This document shows, one piece after another, positions 1-10,350 of a stretch of 64,000 bases of DNA. The notes under the pieces are model-generated. The model ran no database searches. It was not told where the DNA came from and was given only the letters and a program-made list of their open reading frames with translations. The stretch comes from Vicinamibacterales bacterium (GTDB lineage Bacteria > Acidobacteriota > Vicinamibacteria > Vicinamibacterales > SCN-69-37), in contig DASZOV010000096.1 in the NCBI GenBank assembly GCA_035550595.1, positions 76,602-140,601 on the forward strand, given 5' to 3'. Position 1 is the first letter of the stretch, and each line of letters begins with the position of its first letter. Position numbers and translations under genes: made by a program.

Positions 1-153
1 CACCGCGTCGGACGCCTCGGTCTGGACCATCCGCAACCTTCGACTCTACGCGTCCCGCGCGGGGGCGCAGTAACCGATTCGTCGCGTCCGTTCGTTGGCC
101 CCGCCGCCGTCAGGTGGCGGGGCCGAGCGGAGGCGTTCGTGTAGGAGGCCCGT

Positions 154-3100
154 ATGAAGCATGTGGTTCGACTCGCGGCCGCGAGTGTCCTCGCAGCCTG
201 TCTGCTGCTCGTGTCGACGCCGGCACGCGCGCAGATCACCACCGGCACGGTTGCCGGCACCGTGAAAGACACACAGGGCGGCGTCATTCCCGGCGCCACC
301 GTCGTCCTCGTCAGCGACGCACGCGGGACGCGATCGACGCCCGCCGTGACGAACGAGAACGGGGACTTCGTGTTCCCGAACGTGACCGCCGACACCTACA
401 CGGTGGAAGTCACGATGAACGGGTTCAAGACGCTCAAGCGATCGGGCGTCGCGGTGAGCGCGGGTGATCGCGCGAGTCTCGGCACGCTCACGATTGAAGT
501 CGGCGCGCTCGATCAGACGGTGGAGGTCACGGCCGAGGCCGCGATGATCCAGGCGCAGAGCGGCGAGCGGTCGTTCACGATTCCCACCGACTCGGTCGCG
601 AACCTGCCCATCGCCAATCGGAGCTTCACCGCGCTCACCTCACTCACGCCGGGCGTGAGCGGCAACAACCGCATCGGCGGGGGCGGCGGGAACAACATCA
701 TGATCGACGGCGTGTCGGCGGTCGACACCGGCAGCAACTCGATCCTGCTGCAGATGAACGTCGAGTCGATTGCCGAGGTCAAGGTGCTCACGTCCGGTTA
801 CCAGGCCGAGTACGGGCGGTCGAGCGGCCTGCAGGTGACGGCCGTGACCAAGAGCGGCACGAACCGGTTCCATGGCTCGCTCTATGACGTCGAGCGCAAC
901 TCGGACTGGAACTCGAACAGCCGCGAGAACGAGCTCCTCGGCGACCCCAAGACCGTGTCGAAGCAGCGCGACTGGGGCTACTCGATTGGCGGACCGATCG
1001 GCAGGCCCGGCGGGAACAACAAGCTGTTCTTCTTCTACAGCCACGAGTTCGCGCCGCGCAAACAAGGCAACAACGTCGTGCGCTTCCGCGTGCCGACGGC
1101 GCTCGAGCGCGCAGGGGATTTCTCGCAGACCTACGACAACAACGGCGATTTGTACCCGTACATCCGCGATCCGCAACTGGCCGGGGCGTGCAGCGCATCG
1201 AACCAGGCCGCCTGCTTCAAGGACGGCGGCGTGCTCGGCCGGATTCCGTCGAACCGCTTCTATTCGCTCGGGCAGCAGATCCTCAACCTCTATCCGCTGC
1301 CGAACATCGACGGCACCGGACTGAATTACAACTACCAGGCGCTCACGCCGTCCGAGACGGCGATGGGGCAGCAGCCCGCGATTCGCGTGGACTACCAGCC
1401 GATGACGAGCCTCCGGCTCACCGGCAAGTACTCGGGTTGGACGCAGACGAACAAGCAGTTCGCCGGCACGCTGCCGGGGATCACCGAGTCGCAGCAGTTC
1501 CATCCGATCGTGTACACGATGGCGTTCACCGCCGACTACACGCTGAATCCGACGACGTTTCTCGAGGTCACCTATGGCCACAGCCAGAACGAATTGGCGG
1601 GCTGCGGCCTGGCGCAGGGTGGGACCGGGCCGACCTTCTGCACGAGCGGCATCCCGGAAGGCTCGCTCTCCAACCGAAACGAGGCTGGGCTCGGCGATCT
1701 GCCCATGCTGTTCCCTGACGCGCTCGTGCTCAACCCGGATTACTACGCCTATCAGGTGCTCTCGGGCATGGCGCCGCCGATGTGGCAGGACGGCCAGATC
1801 CTGAAGACGCCGAACTTCACCTGGGGCGGCCGCGTCGCCAACGCGCCGCCGAACGTGCCGTTCGCCGGCTATCTGAACAAGAACGCGACGAACGACATCT
1901 CGATCAGCGTCACCAAGGTCGTCGGCAGCCACACGTTCAAGGCCGGCTTCTACAACACGCACAGTTGGAAGGCGCAGCAGCAGAACAGCGCGGCCACGTT
2001 CGGCACCTACAACTTCCAGAACAACGCGAGCAACCCGATCGACGCGCAGTTCCCGTACGCGAACGCGCTGCTCGGCATCGTCAATTCGTTCAACCAGCAG
2101 TCGACGTACATCGAAGGGACGTACGTCTACAACAACACCGAAGGCTACGTGCAGGACAACTGGAAGGTCACGCCGCGCCTCACGCTCGACTACGGCCTGC
2201 GCCTCGTGCACCAGCAGCCGCAGTACGACAGCCTCGGCCAGGCGTCGAACTTCCTGCCCGACCAATGGGTGGCGTCCGATGCGCCGCTCCTGTACGAAGC
2301 CGCGTGCGCGAGTGGCACGACGTGTACCGGCGTGAATCGACAGGCGCTCAACCCCATCACGGGCGCCTTGCTCGGGCCAGGATCGGCGGTCGCGATCGGC
2401 ACGCTCGTGCCCGGCACCGGCAATGACACGAACGGTCTGTTCCTCTCGGGCCACGGCATCGCGAAGACGACCTACACGTGGCCGGCGCTCGGGTACGAGC
2501 CACGGTTCGGCGCGGCCTATGACGTGAGCGGCGACCAGCGGCTCGTGCTGCGCGGCGGGATGGGCCTCTACTTCGACCGGCCGAGCGGCAACTCCATCTA
2601 CGCACAGGTGCTCAATCCGCCGTCGGTGACCAACGTCACGGTGAGCTATGGGCAACTGCAGAGCCTCGACGCGGGCCCGGCCGTGCGCGGCGCACCGGCG
2701 CTGTCGGTCTTCGAGTACGACGGAGGCCTTCCCTCGTCGCTGCAGTGGAATTCTGGCGTGCAGATGGCGTTGCCCTGGGCCTCGTCGCTCGACGTCTCGT
2801 ACGTCGGTCAGCACGCGTGGAACCAGTACACGGCCATGAACATCAACGCGATCGACTTCGGGACGGCGTTCCTGCCCGAGAACCAGGATCCCACGCAGGC
2901 GCCGACGTTCCTCGGGTCGAACACGATTGCGAACGATCAGATGCGGGCGTTCACGGGCTACGGGAACATCAACCAGCAGAACAGCCGCGGGTGGAGCACG
3001 TATCACTCGATCCAGATGTCGCTGCAGCGGCGCTTCGTCAACGGCCTCTCGGTCGGCCTGACCGACACGTGGAGCCTCGTCGGCCGCAGCCAGTCGGCGG

Positions 3101-3825
3101 CGCGACTCCAGCACAATCCCGACGGCACCTACTCGTACCGCTCGGATCAAGCCGAGGCGGACGACTTGCTCAACGCGGATCCCGTCCGGCACACGCTCAA
3201 GGCCAACTTCGTGTGGGACACGCCCGACCTGCGTGGAGATGGCGCCGTGCGCCGGACGATTGGCGCCATCGTCAACGACTGGCAGTTCTCCGGCATCTGG
3301 TCGGCGTCGACGGGCGCCCCGTACACCGTCGACTTCAGCTATCAGAACGGCGGCGGCAGCGTGAATCTGACCGGCTCTCCCGACTACCCGGCGCGCATTC
3401 GCATCGTCGGCGACCCGGGCGCGGGTTGCAGTGACGACCTCTACCGCCAGTTCAACACGGCGGCATTCGCGGGTCCGCTCGTCGGCAGCGTCGGCCTCGA
3501 GTCGGGCGCGAATTACCTGCACGGCTGCTTCCAGTCCGTGCTCGACCTGTCGCTCATGCGCAGCATCCGCCTCGGCGGCGGCCGCGCCATCCAGTTCCGC
3601 CTCGACATGTTCAACGCGCCGAACGCGGCCATCATCACCGGCCGCGAGACGACGATGAACCTGACGAACCCGAGCGATCCCACCACGGCGACGAACCTGC
3701 CGTTCGACGCCGACGGGAACCTGATCCGATCGCGGTCGCTGCCCAACGGTCAGGCGGGTTTCGGCGTGGTCAACAACTATCAGGATCCCCGCACCCTGCA
3801 AGCGCAGATTCGCTTCTCCTTCTAG
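154..3825 (+). CDS. TonB-dependent receptor-like outer-membrane protein with N-terminal carboxypeptidase-regulatory-like domain
   Basis: 1223-aa ORF with AGGAGG upstream of the ATG. Signal peptide ends ...STPARAQ. It has a CarboxypepD_reg-like segment (TGTVAGTVKDTQGGVIPGATVVLV...GDFVFPNV..YTVEV). A long beta-barrel-type sequence ends in the aromatic terminus IRFSF. Confidence 0.85.
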   Translation: MKHVVRLAAASVLAACLLLVSTPARAQITTGTVAGTVKDTQGGVIPGATVVLVSDARGTRSTPAVTNENGDFVFPNVTADTYTVEVTMNGFKTLKRSGVAVSAGDRASLGTLTIEVGALDQTVEVTAEAAMIQAQSGERSFTIPTDSVANLPIANRSFTALTSLTPGVSGNNRIGGGGGNNIMIDGVSAVDTGSNSILLQMNVESIAEVKVLTSGYQAEYGRSSGLQVTAVTKSGTNRFHGSLYDVERNSDWNSNSRENELLGDPKTVSKQRDWGYSIGGPIGRPGGNNKLFFFYSHEFAPRKQGNNVVRFRVPTALERAGDFSQTYDNNGDLYPYIRDPQLAGACSASNQAACFKDGGVLGRIPSNRFYSLGQQILNLYPLPNIDGTGLNYNYQALTPSETAMGQQPAIRVDYQPMTSLRLTGKYSGWTQTNKQFAGTLPGITESQQFHPIVYTMAFTADYTLNPTTFLEVTYGHSQNELAGCGLAQGGTGPTFCTSGIPEGSLSNRNEAGLGDLPMLFPDALVLNPDYYAYQVLSGMAPPMWQDGQILKTPNFTWGGRVANAPPNVPFAGYLNKNATNDISISVTKVVGSHTFKAGFYNTHSWKAQQQNSAATFGTYNFQNNASNPIDAQFPYANALLGIVNSFNQQSTYIEGTYVYNNTEGYVQDNWKVTPRLTLDYGLRLVHQQPQYDSLGQASNFLPDQWVASDAPLLYEAACASGTTCTGVNRQALNPITGALLGPGSAVAIGTLVPGTGNDTNGLFLSGHGIAKTTYTWPALGYEPRFGAAYDVSGDQRLVLRGGMGLYFDRPSGNSIYAQVLNPPSVTNVTVSYGQLQSLDAGPAVRGAPALSVFEYDGGLPSSLQWNSGVQMALPWASSLDVSYVGQHAWNQYTAMNINAIDFGTAFLPENQDPTQAPTFLGSNTIANDQMRAFTGYGNINQQNSRGWSTYHSIQMSLQRRFVNGLSVGLTDTWSLVGRSQSAARLQHNPDGTYSYRSDQAEADDLLNADPVRHTLKANFVWDTPDLRGDGAVRRTIGAIVNDWQFSGIWSASTGAPYTVDFSYQNGGGSVNLTGSPDYPARIRIVGDPGAGCSDDLYRQFNTAAFAGPLVGSVGLESGANYLHGCFQSVLDLSLMRSIRLGGGRAIQFRLDMFNAPNAAIITGRETTMNLTNPSDPTTATNLPFDADGNLIRSRSLPNGQAGFGVVNNYQDPRTLQAQIRFSF

Positions 3826-3931
3826 CTCGCCACCTCACATGCGTGCGGCTCGGACGTCGTCCGGGCCGCACGTCCTGCCCGCCGTCCTTCGCGATCTTCG
3901 CGCCTTCGCGTGAGCCTTCGCAGCGTTTTCT

Positions 3932-4030
3932 GTCATCTTCTTTTGCAGTGCGCTGGGGCCCCACCCCCAGCGCTACGGACGCTCGCCGCCCTCGCTACGC
4001 TCGGGGGCTCGCGGTTGGTTGCGAAGATGA
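3932..4030 (+). repeat. REP/MITE-like intergenic element, type A (copy 1)
   Basis: Sequence is tcatcttcttttgca..GCGCTGGGG-ccccac-CCCCAGCGC (9-bp stem hairpin at 3950-3973)..tacg..ctcgccgccctcgctacgctcgggggctcgcgg..gaagatga. The same unit recurs at 10260, 12634, 13233, 15655 and 31100-31515. Confidence 0.8.
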
Positions 4031-4057
4031 GACCACATGGTCTAACCTGACGGTCTC
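4030..4057. promoter_or_regulatory. Candidate TetR operator (inverted repeat AGACCA-ca-TGGTCT, plus a downstream GGTCTC half-site)
   Basis: A 6+6 inverted repeat sits at 4030-4043, 49 nt upstream of the TetR ATG. A further gagacc/ggtctc pairing lies at 4029-4034 and 4052-4057. Confidence 0.3.
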
Positions 4058-4091
4058 ACCCGCGCGGCGCTTCGCTTCGCGGGTCTCAGTC

Positions 4092-4765
4092 ATGCCGCGG
4101 CCTCGCTTCTTTCGTCTGCCCGATGACAAGCGCCGGCGCATCCTCGAGACCGCCGCGCTCGAGCTCGCGGCGCGCGGGTTCCGTGGCGCGTCGCTCAACC
4201 GCATCATCAGCACCGCCGGCATCTCGAAGGGCGCCGCCTACTACTACTTCGACGACAAAGCCGACCTGTTCGCGGCCGTCATGCGGCACGGATGGCAGGC
4301 GCTCGCGCCGCCGCGGCCCTTCGATCTCGGAGCGCTCACGCGGAAGACGTTCTGGACGGATCTCGAAGCCGCCTATCGCGGCCTTCTCGCGCGCGTGCAG
4401 CAGGCGCCGTGGCTCACGGCCATCGGCAAGCTCGCCTACGGCCCGCTGCCGTCGACCGAAGCGACCGACGTCATGGCCGCGGAGTTCGCCCGCGCACGCG
4501 GCTGGCTGCGCGCCATCGTCGAGCGCGGACAAGCCCTCGGCACGATTCGCAGAGACGTGCCCGCCGACCTCCTGATGGCGACGGTCGCCGGCGCGTTCGA
4601 AGCGGCCGATCGCTGGATGGTCGAGGCATCGACCTCGATGTCGCACGACGAGATGGATCGGCTGGCGCTCGTGCTCTTCGCCATGATGCGGCAGGTCGTC
4701 GCGCCACCTGGCGCGGCGCGCCTTCGCGCGGCGCCTCGGCGCGCGGTGCGCACGCGGAGGCGCCG

Positions 4766-4769
<4 letters not shown>
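4092..4769 (+). CDS. TetR/AcrR family transcriptional regulator
   Basis: Internal ATG of ORF 3843..4769. The N-terminal HTH reads [47 protein letters not shown], typical of TetR_N. The upstream part of the ORF only translates the REP element. Confidence 0.85.
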
Positions 4770-5488
<719 letters not shown>

Positions 5489-5495
5489 TCGCGCG

Positions 5496-7859
5496 ATGAG
5501 GACGCTCACCCGCAAGCTCGGACGCGACCTGTGGCGGACGCGGAGCCAGGGCCTGGCCGTCGCGCTCGTCATCGGCACGGGCGTGGCCGCGCACGTGCTG
5601 CTCTTCAGCACGTTCACGTCGCTGCAGCTCACCGAGGACCGGTACTACGAGCGCAGCCGCTTCGGTCAGGTGTTCGCGTCGCTCGTGCGCGCCCCGCTCG
5701 CGGTCACCGCCGACGTCGCCGCCATTCCCGGCGTCACGGCCTTCGACGCGCGCGTCGTCGTCGACGTCACGCTCGACGTCCCGGGCCGGACGGCGCCGGT
5801 GTCGGGCCGCCTGATCTCCGTGCCCGAGAGCGGTGCGATTCCCGTCAACGATCTCACGCTCACGTCGGGTCGCCTGCTGAATCCGGGTCGCGACGACGAG
5901 GCGCTGGCCGCGACGCGGTTCGCGACGGCCAATCACCTCGAGCCCGGCGACACGATCGAGGCGCTCATCAACGGCCGCCTTCGCACGCTGCGTCTCGTCG
6001 GCCTCGTCCAGTCACCGGAATACATCTATGCGATTCGGCCTGGCGAGCTCATCGCCGCCGACGCGGAGTTCGGCATCCTGTGGATGAACCGCAAGGCGCT
6101 CGCGACGGCGTTCCAGATGCAGGGCGCGTTCAACGATCTCGCGCTGCGGATCGCGCCCGGCGCTTCCAGTGCCGACGTCATCGGCCGGCTCGATCGGCTG
6201 CTCGAGCCTTACGGCGGTCTCGGCGCGATCGATCGCAGCCAGCAGCTCTCACACTTTTTCTTGCAGGGCGAAATCGACTCGCTGCGCGGAATGGGGCAGA
6301 CCGTGCCGGTCGTGTTCCTCGCTGTCGCGGCGTTCCTGCTGAACGTCGTCCTGACGCGGTTGGTGGCGGTCGAGCGCGAGCAGATCGCGGCGTTGAAGGC
6401 GCTCGGCTATCGCGGCCGAGAGATCGGCTGGCACTACGTTCAGTGGGCGCTCGCCGTCGCCATGAGCGGCGCGTTGGTCGGCGTCGTCGTGGGGGCGGGG
6501 CTCGGACGTGCGCTGACGCGCTTCTACACCGAGTTCTTCAACTTTCCGATCCTCGTCTATCGGCTGCCGCCGGCCGTCGTCATCGAGGGACTCGGCGTCG
6601 CCGTCCTCGCGGCCGTCGTCGGCGCGGTCGGGGCGGTGCGGCGCGTGGTCGCGCTTCCGGCCGCCGAGGCGATGCGGCCCGAGCCGCCGGCGCGCTATCG
6701 CGTGAGCGCCGTCGAACGCACCGGCCTCGGTCGCCGGCTCGCGCCGTGGACGCGCATGGTGCTGCGCCATCTGCAACGGCGACCCGGGCGGGCGGCGCTG
6801 TCAATCGTCGCCGTGGCCTTCAGCGGCGCGCTGCTCATCGCGGGACTCTTCAGTCTCGATTCGATCCACGCGATTACGGACATCGAGTTCTACGACGCCG
6901 AGCGCTATGACGTCATGGTGACGTTCCGTCAACCGCTCTCGGCCGCGGCGGCCGACGAGATGGCGCGGTTGCCCGGCGTCCGAATGACGGAGCCGTTTCG
7001 CACGGTGGCGGCGCGGCTCACGTCGGGGACGCGGACGCGGCCGGTCGCCATCATGGGGTTGCCGGCCAGTGGCACGCTCAGCCGCGTCATCGACGGCTGG
7101 CAGACGTTCGACGACCTGCCGCCCGGCGGCCTCGTGCTTTCGCGAAAGCTCGCCGATCTCGTCGGCGTTGCACCTGGCGAGCGGGTGCACGTCGACGTGC
7201 TCGAAGGGCGACGGCCCAGCCGCGATGTCGTCGTCGCGCGCGTCGTCGACGATTATCTCGGGACGAATGCCTACATGCGCGCCGATGTGCTGCACCAGCT
7301 CATGCAGGAGGGCGGCACGGTCTCGGGCGCGTACTTGCGCGTGGACCCGATCGCGAGCGACGCGCTGTACCGGCGCCTGCGCGCCACGCCCGCCGTGGCC
7401 GGCGTCGCCGTCAAGCAGGCGACGATTGACAACTTCACGAACACGCTCGCCGCGAGCGTGGGCATCACACGGACGACGACCGTCCTCTTTGCGGCGATCA
7501 TCGCCTTTGGCGTCGTCTACAACACGGTGCGCGTGGCGTTGTCCGAGCGCGGCCGCGAGCTCGCAACGCTGCGGGTGATCGGGTTCACCAAGGGAGAAAT
7601 CGCGCGTGTGCTCTTCGGCGAGTGGATCGTGCTCACGATCGTCGCGCTCCCACTCGGCGTAGCCATCGGCTACGGGCTCGCCGCGCTCGTCGTGCAGGCG
7701 TTCAACACGGATGTCTATCGCCTGCCGTTCATCGTGTCGGCGAGGACGTGCGCGTGGTCGATCCTGACGGTCGTCGCGGCCGCGGCCGTATCCGGGCTCG
7801 TCGTGGGGCGCCGCCTGAGCGCGCTCGATCTCATCGCCGTGCTGAAAACGCGGGAGTGA
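5496..7859 (+). CDS. ABC transporter permease, FtsX/MacB-type (duplicated FtsX domains)
   Basis: 787 aa starting at MRTLTRKLGRDLWR. It has an N-terminal TM, a large periplasmic domain and two 4-TM FtsX-like blocks. It starts 8 nt after the ATPase stop. Confidence 0.8.
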   Translation: MRTLTRKLGRDLWRTRSQGLAVALVIGTGVAAHVLLFSTFTSLQLTEDRYYERSRFGQVFASLVRAPLAVTADVAAIPGVTAFDARVVVDVTLDVPGRTAPVSGRLISVPESGAIPVNDLTLTSGRLLNPGRDDEALAATRFATANHLEPGDTIEALINGRLRTLRLVGLVQSPEYIYAIRPGELIAADAEFGILWMNRKALATAFQMQGAFNDLALRIAPGASSADVIGRLDRLLEPYGGLGAIDRSQQLSHFFLQGEIDSLRGMGQTVPVVFLAVAAFLLNVVLTRLVAVEREQIAALKALGYRGREIGWHYVQWALAVAMSGALVGVVVGAGLGRALTRFYTEFFNFPILVYRLPPAVVIEGLGVAVLAAVVGAVGAVRRVVALPAAEAMRPEPPARYRVSAVERTGLGRRLAPWTRMVLRHLQRRPGRAALSIVAVAFSGALLIAGLFSLDSIHAITDIEFYDAERYDVMVTFRQPLSAAAADEMARLPGVRMTEPFRTVAARLTSGTRTRPVAIMGLPASGTLSRVIDGWQTFDDLPPGGLVLSRKLADLVGVAPGERVHVDVLEGRRPSRDVVVARVVDDYLGTNAYMRADVLHQLMQEGGTVSGAYLRVDPIASDALYRRLRATPAVAGVAVKQATIDNFTNTLAASVGITRTTTVLFAAIIAFGVVYNTVRVALSERGRELATLRVIGFTKGEIARVLFGEWIVLTIVALPLGVAIGYGLAALVVQAFNTDVYRLPFIVSARTCAWSILTVVAAAAVSGLVVGRRLSALDLIAVLKTRE

Positions 7860-7861
7860 CC

Positions 7862-9049
7862 ATGCACGTGTCCGTCCGTCGTGGCGTGTTCTGGGGCGTC
7901 GTCCTCGTCATTGGCGTCGCCGGGATCGCCTGGCTGTTCCGGCCCGCCGCCGTTCCGGTCGATCTCGGCGAGGTGACGCGGGGCGATCTGCAAGTCACGC
8001 TCGATCATGAGGGCCAGACGGCCGTTCGGCACCGCTACGTCGTGGCCGCGCCGGTCGGCGGCCGGCTGATGCGCATCGATCTCGAGCCGGGCGACGCCGT
8101 GACGGCCGGGCAGACGGTCGCGACGATCGGGCCGGACGTGCCGCCGCTGCTCGACGCGCGTACGCGCACCGCGGCCGAGGCCCGCGTGAAGGCCGCCGAC
8201 GCGGCCGTCGCGCAGGCGCGTGCGACGCTGGCGCAGGCCGAATCCGCCAGTGAGCAGGCCGAGCGCGAACGCGCCCGGATGGCGCGGCTCTTCGCCGGCG
8301 ATGCGATCGCGCGGAGCGATTTGGACGTGGCCGAGACCGAGGCCCGCGTGCGCGTCGAGGCCGTGGCTGCCGCCCGTGCCGCGCTCGCGGCCGCGATGCA
8401 CGAAGCCGACGAGGCGCGCGCGGCGCTGACCTCGCCGGCTGGTGCCGGTGGTCAACCCGTCTTGGTACACGCGCCAGTCGGTGGCGTGATCTTGCGCCGC
8501 CTGCACGAGAGCGAGACGCCGGTGCCGGCAGGCGACGCGCTCGTCGAGATCGCGAATCCCGCGGACCTCGAGGTCATCGCCGATTACCTCTCGACCGATG
8601 CCGTCCAGATGCGTCCCGGACTACGGGCCATCGTCGAGCGCTGGGGCGGCGGCGGCGATCTCGCGGCGCACGTGCGACTCGTCGAGCCGGGGGCGTTCAC
8701 CAAGGTGTCGGCGCTCGGCGTGGAAGAGCAGCGCGTCAACGTCCATCTCGTCTTCGACGATCCGGCGGGTGCCTGGCGCGCGCTCGGCGACGGCTATCGC
8801 GTCGAGACGCGCGTCGTGATCTGGTCGGCGTCGAATGTTCTGAAGGTTCCCTCGAGCGCGTTGTTCCGGACCGGCGACCAGTGGACGACATATGTCGTGC
8901 GCGACGGCCGGGCGGATCGGCGTCCCGTCGACGTGGGCCACGATACCGGACTCGAAGCAGAAGTGCGCAGCGGCCTGAACGAGCACGACCACGTGATCCT
9001 GCATCCGTCGGACCGCGTCGCGCCGGGCGTGAGAGTCGCTGCGCGGTGA
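7862..9049 (+). CDS. HlyD/MFP-family periplasmic adaptor subunit
   Basis: Starts 3 nt after the permease stop. It has a single N-terminal TM, an Ala/Glu/Arg-rich coiled-coil hairpin (AAEARVKAADAAVAQARATLAQAESASEQAERERARMARL) and a beta-barrel C-terminal part. Confidence 0.8.
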   Translation: MHVSVRRGVFWGVVLVIGVAGIAWLFRPAAVPVDLGEVTRGDLQVTLDHEGQTAVRHRYVVAAPVGGRLMRIDLEPGDAVTAGQTVATIGPDVPPLLDARTRTAAEARVKAADAAVAQARATLAQAESASEQAERERARMARLFAGDAIARSDLDVAETEARVRVEAVAAARAALAAAMHEADEARAALTSPAGAGGQPVLVHAPVGGVILRRLHESETPVPAGDALVEIANPADLEVIADYLSTDAVQMRPGLRAIVERWGGGGDLAAHVRLVEPGAFTKVSALGVEEQRVNVHLVFDDPAGAWRALGDGYRVETRVVIWSASNVLKVPSSALFRTGDQWTTYVVRDGRADRRPVDVGHDTGLEAEVRSGLNEHDHVILHPSDRVAPGVRVAAR

Positions 9050-9108
9050 CGGGCGCCGCGCAGTGCTATAGTCGGCGGCCTCACGTACATCCCGAGAGGA
9101 CGAGACAG

Positions 9109-10257
9109 ATGAGATTTCCATCCGCTGGCATGGGCATCGGTGTCGCAATCGTGATCGGGTTGATGGGGAGTGTGCCGCTCGTCGCGCAGCGTGGCGGCTC
9201 GCCGGCGTCCTCACCGGCCGTACGGCCCGCGCCACGGCCGACGCCGCCGACGCGCGATCCGCACACCGCCGGTTACGTTCAAGCGCGTGAGTTACCCGAC
9301 GGCACCATCCCGCCCGTCGACGAGGACGGGAACTTCATCATCGGACCGACGCATCCGCCGGCACCGGAGATGACGGCAGAGAATCTGACGCACGGACATC
9401 TCGTCAGCTTCACCATGCGATCGGACGAGAGCACGATCTATCCCGGGATCGCGCGCGACGCCGGCACGTTCGGAACGCCCGATCCCATGAATCCCGCGCG
9501 ACTGATCGTGACGACGAGCCACCCGGCGCCGTATACGCGCCACGTGACCGTCTATGTGCCGGATGCCTACGTCGCCGGTACACCCGCGCCGTTCATCGTC
9601 GGCGCCGACGGTCCTGATCAGATGCTGTTCACGGCGCTCGACGGGCTCATCCCCGCGCACCGCGTGCCGGCGATGATCGCGATTTCGATCGGTAACGGCA
9701 GCGGCGACGCGCAGGGCAGCGAGCGCGGTCTCGAATACGACACGATGTCAGGCCGCTATGCGGAGTTCGTCGAGACGGAAATCCTGCCGCGCGTCGAACG
9801 CGAAGCGGGCGTCACGCTCACGCACGATCCCGATCTCCGCGCGACGATGGGCGGCAGCTCCGGTGGATCGGCGGCGCTCATCATGGCGTGGTATCACCCT
9901 GACCTCTACCATCGCGTGCTGACGTATTCGGGCACGTACGTCAACCAGCAGTGGCCCTCGAATCCGGAAACGCCGGGCGGCGCGTGGGAGTTCCATCGCA
10001 CGCTCATTCCGGCGAGCCCGGTGAAGCCGATCCGGATCTGGATGGAGGTCGGCGATCGCGATCTCTACAACCCGAACGTCATGCGCGACGGGATGCACGA
10101 CTGGGTCGTCGCCAACGAGCGGATGGCCGAGGCGCTCGCGGCCAAGGGCTATCACTATCAGTTCGTTTTCGCGAAAAACGCGGGACACGTCGATCGCGGC
10201 GTCAAGGCGCAGACGCTGCCCGAGGCGCTCGAGTGGCTGTGGAAAGGCGCCGAGTAG
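9109..10257 (+). CDS. Secreted alpha/beta-hydrolase, putative esterase family (esterase D/enterochelin-esterase-like)
   Basis: Signal peptide MRFPSAGMGIGVAIVIGLMGSVPLVAQ. Nucleophile elbow GGSSGGSAAL followed by HPDLYHRVLTYSG. Confidence 0.7.
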   Translation: MRFPSAGMGIGVAIVIGLMGSVPLVAQRGGSPASSPAVRPAPRPTPPTRDPHTAGYVQARELPDGTIPPVDEDGNFIIGPTHPPAPEMTAENLTHGHLVSFTMRSDESTIYPGIARDAGTFGTPDPMNPARLIVTTSHPAPYTRHVTVYVPDAYVAGTPAPFIVGADGPDQMLFTALDGLIPAHRVPAMIAISIGNGSGDAQGSERGLEYDTMSGRYAEFVETEILPRVEREAGVTLTHDPDLRATMGGSSGGSAALIMAWYHPDLYHRVLTYSGTYVNQQWPSNPETPGGAWEFHRTLIPASPVKPIRIWMEVGDRDLYNPNVMRDGMHDWVVANERMAEALAAKGYHYQFVFAKNAGHVDRGVKAQTLPEALEWLWKGAE

Positions 10258-10259
10258 GC

Positions 10260-10350
10260 GTCATCTTCTCTGCAACGCGTTGGGGCCCCACCCCCAACGC
10301 TACGCGCTTCGCCGCCCTCGCTCCGCTCGGGGGCTCGCGGTGTCATCTTT
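10260..10350 (+). repeat. REP/MITE-like element, type A (copy 2)
   Basis: Sequence is tcatcttctctgcaac-GCGTTGGGG-ccccac-CCCCAACGC-tacgcgcttcgccgccctcgctccgctcgggggctcgcggtgtcatcttt. It fills the whole convergent intergenic gap. Confidence 0.85.

Noticed and set aside
2-73. Possible 3' end of a plus-strand gene (frame 2, ...TASDASVWTIRNLRLYASRAGAQ*, stop at 71-73) followed by a GC hairpin GGCCCCGCC-N10-GGCGGGGCC at 97-124.
   Set aside because: Only 23 codons are visible and there is no recognisable motif. It is plausible but unsupported, so I did not list it as a feature.
640-3801. Very long antisense or alternate-frame ORFs, e.g. 640..3801(-), 24155..25666(-), 45679..47835(-), 59624..62218(-), 31253..32878(-), 11269..12807(+).
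   Set aside because: They are Arg/Ala/Gly/Pro-rich translations typical of stop-poor off-frames in ~70% GC DNA. Each overlaps a frame with clear family motifs (TonB receptor, kinase, radical SAM, ankyrin, antiporter). None has a recognisable domain signature.
3950-3973. REP core hairpins as rho-independent terminators.
   Set aside because: In every copy the T-rich run (tcttcTTTgca) precedes the hairpin on one strand, so an A-rich run follows it on the other. No orientation gives stem-then-U-tract, and some copies lie upstream of genes between divergent starts.
3843-4091. Upstream extensions of the TetR ORF (3843), kinase ORF (23852), permease ORF (5340), HlyD ORF (7622), esterase ORF (8881), sulfatase ORFs (48690, 35953) and others as given in the ORF track.
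   Set aside because: The extensions overlap the preceding gene or a repeat element and have junk composition. Internal starts have SD sequences, signal peptides or tight coupling to the upstream stop.
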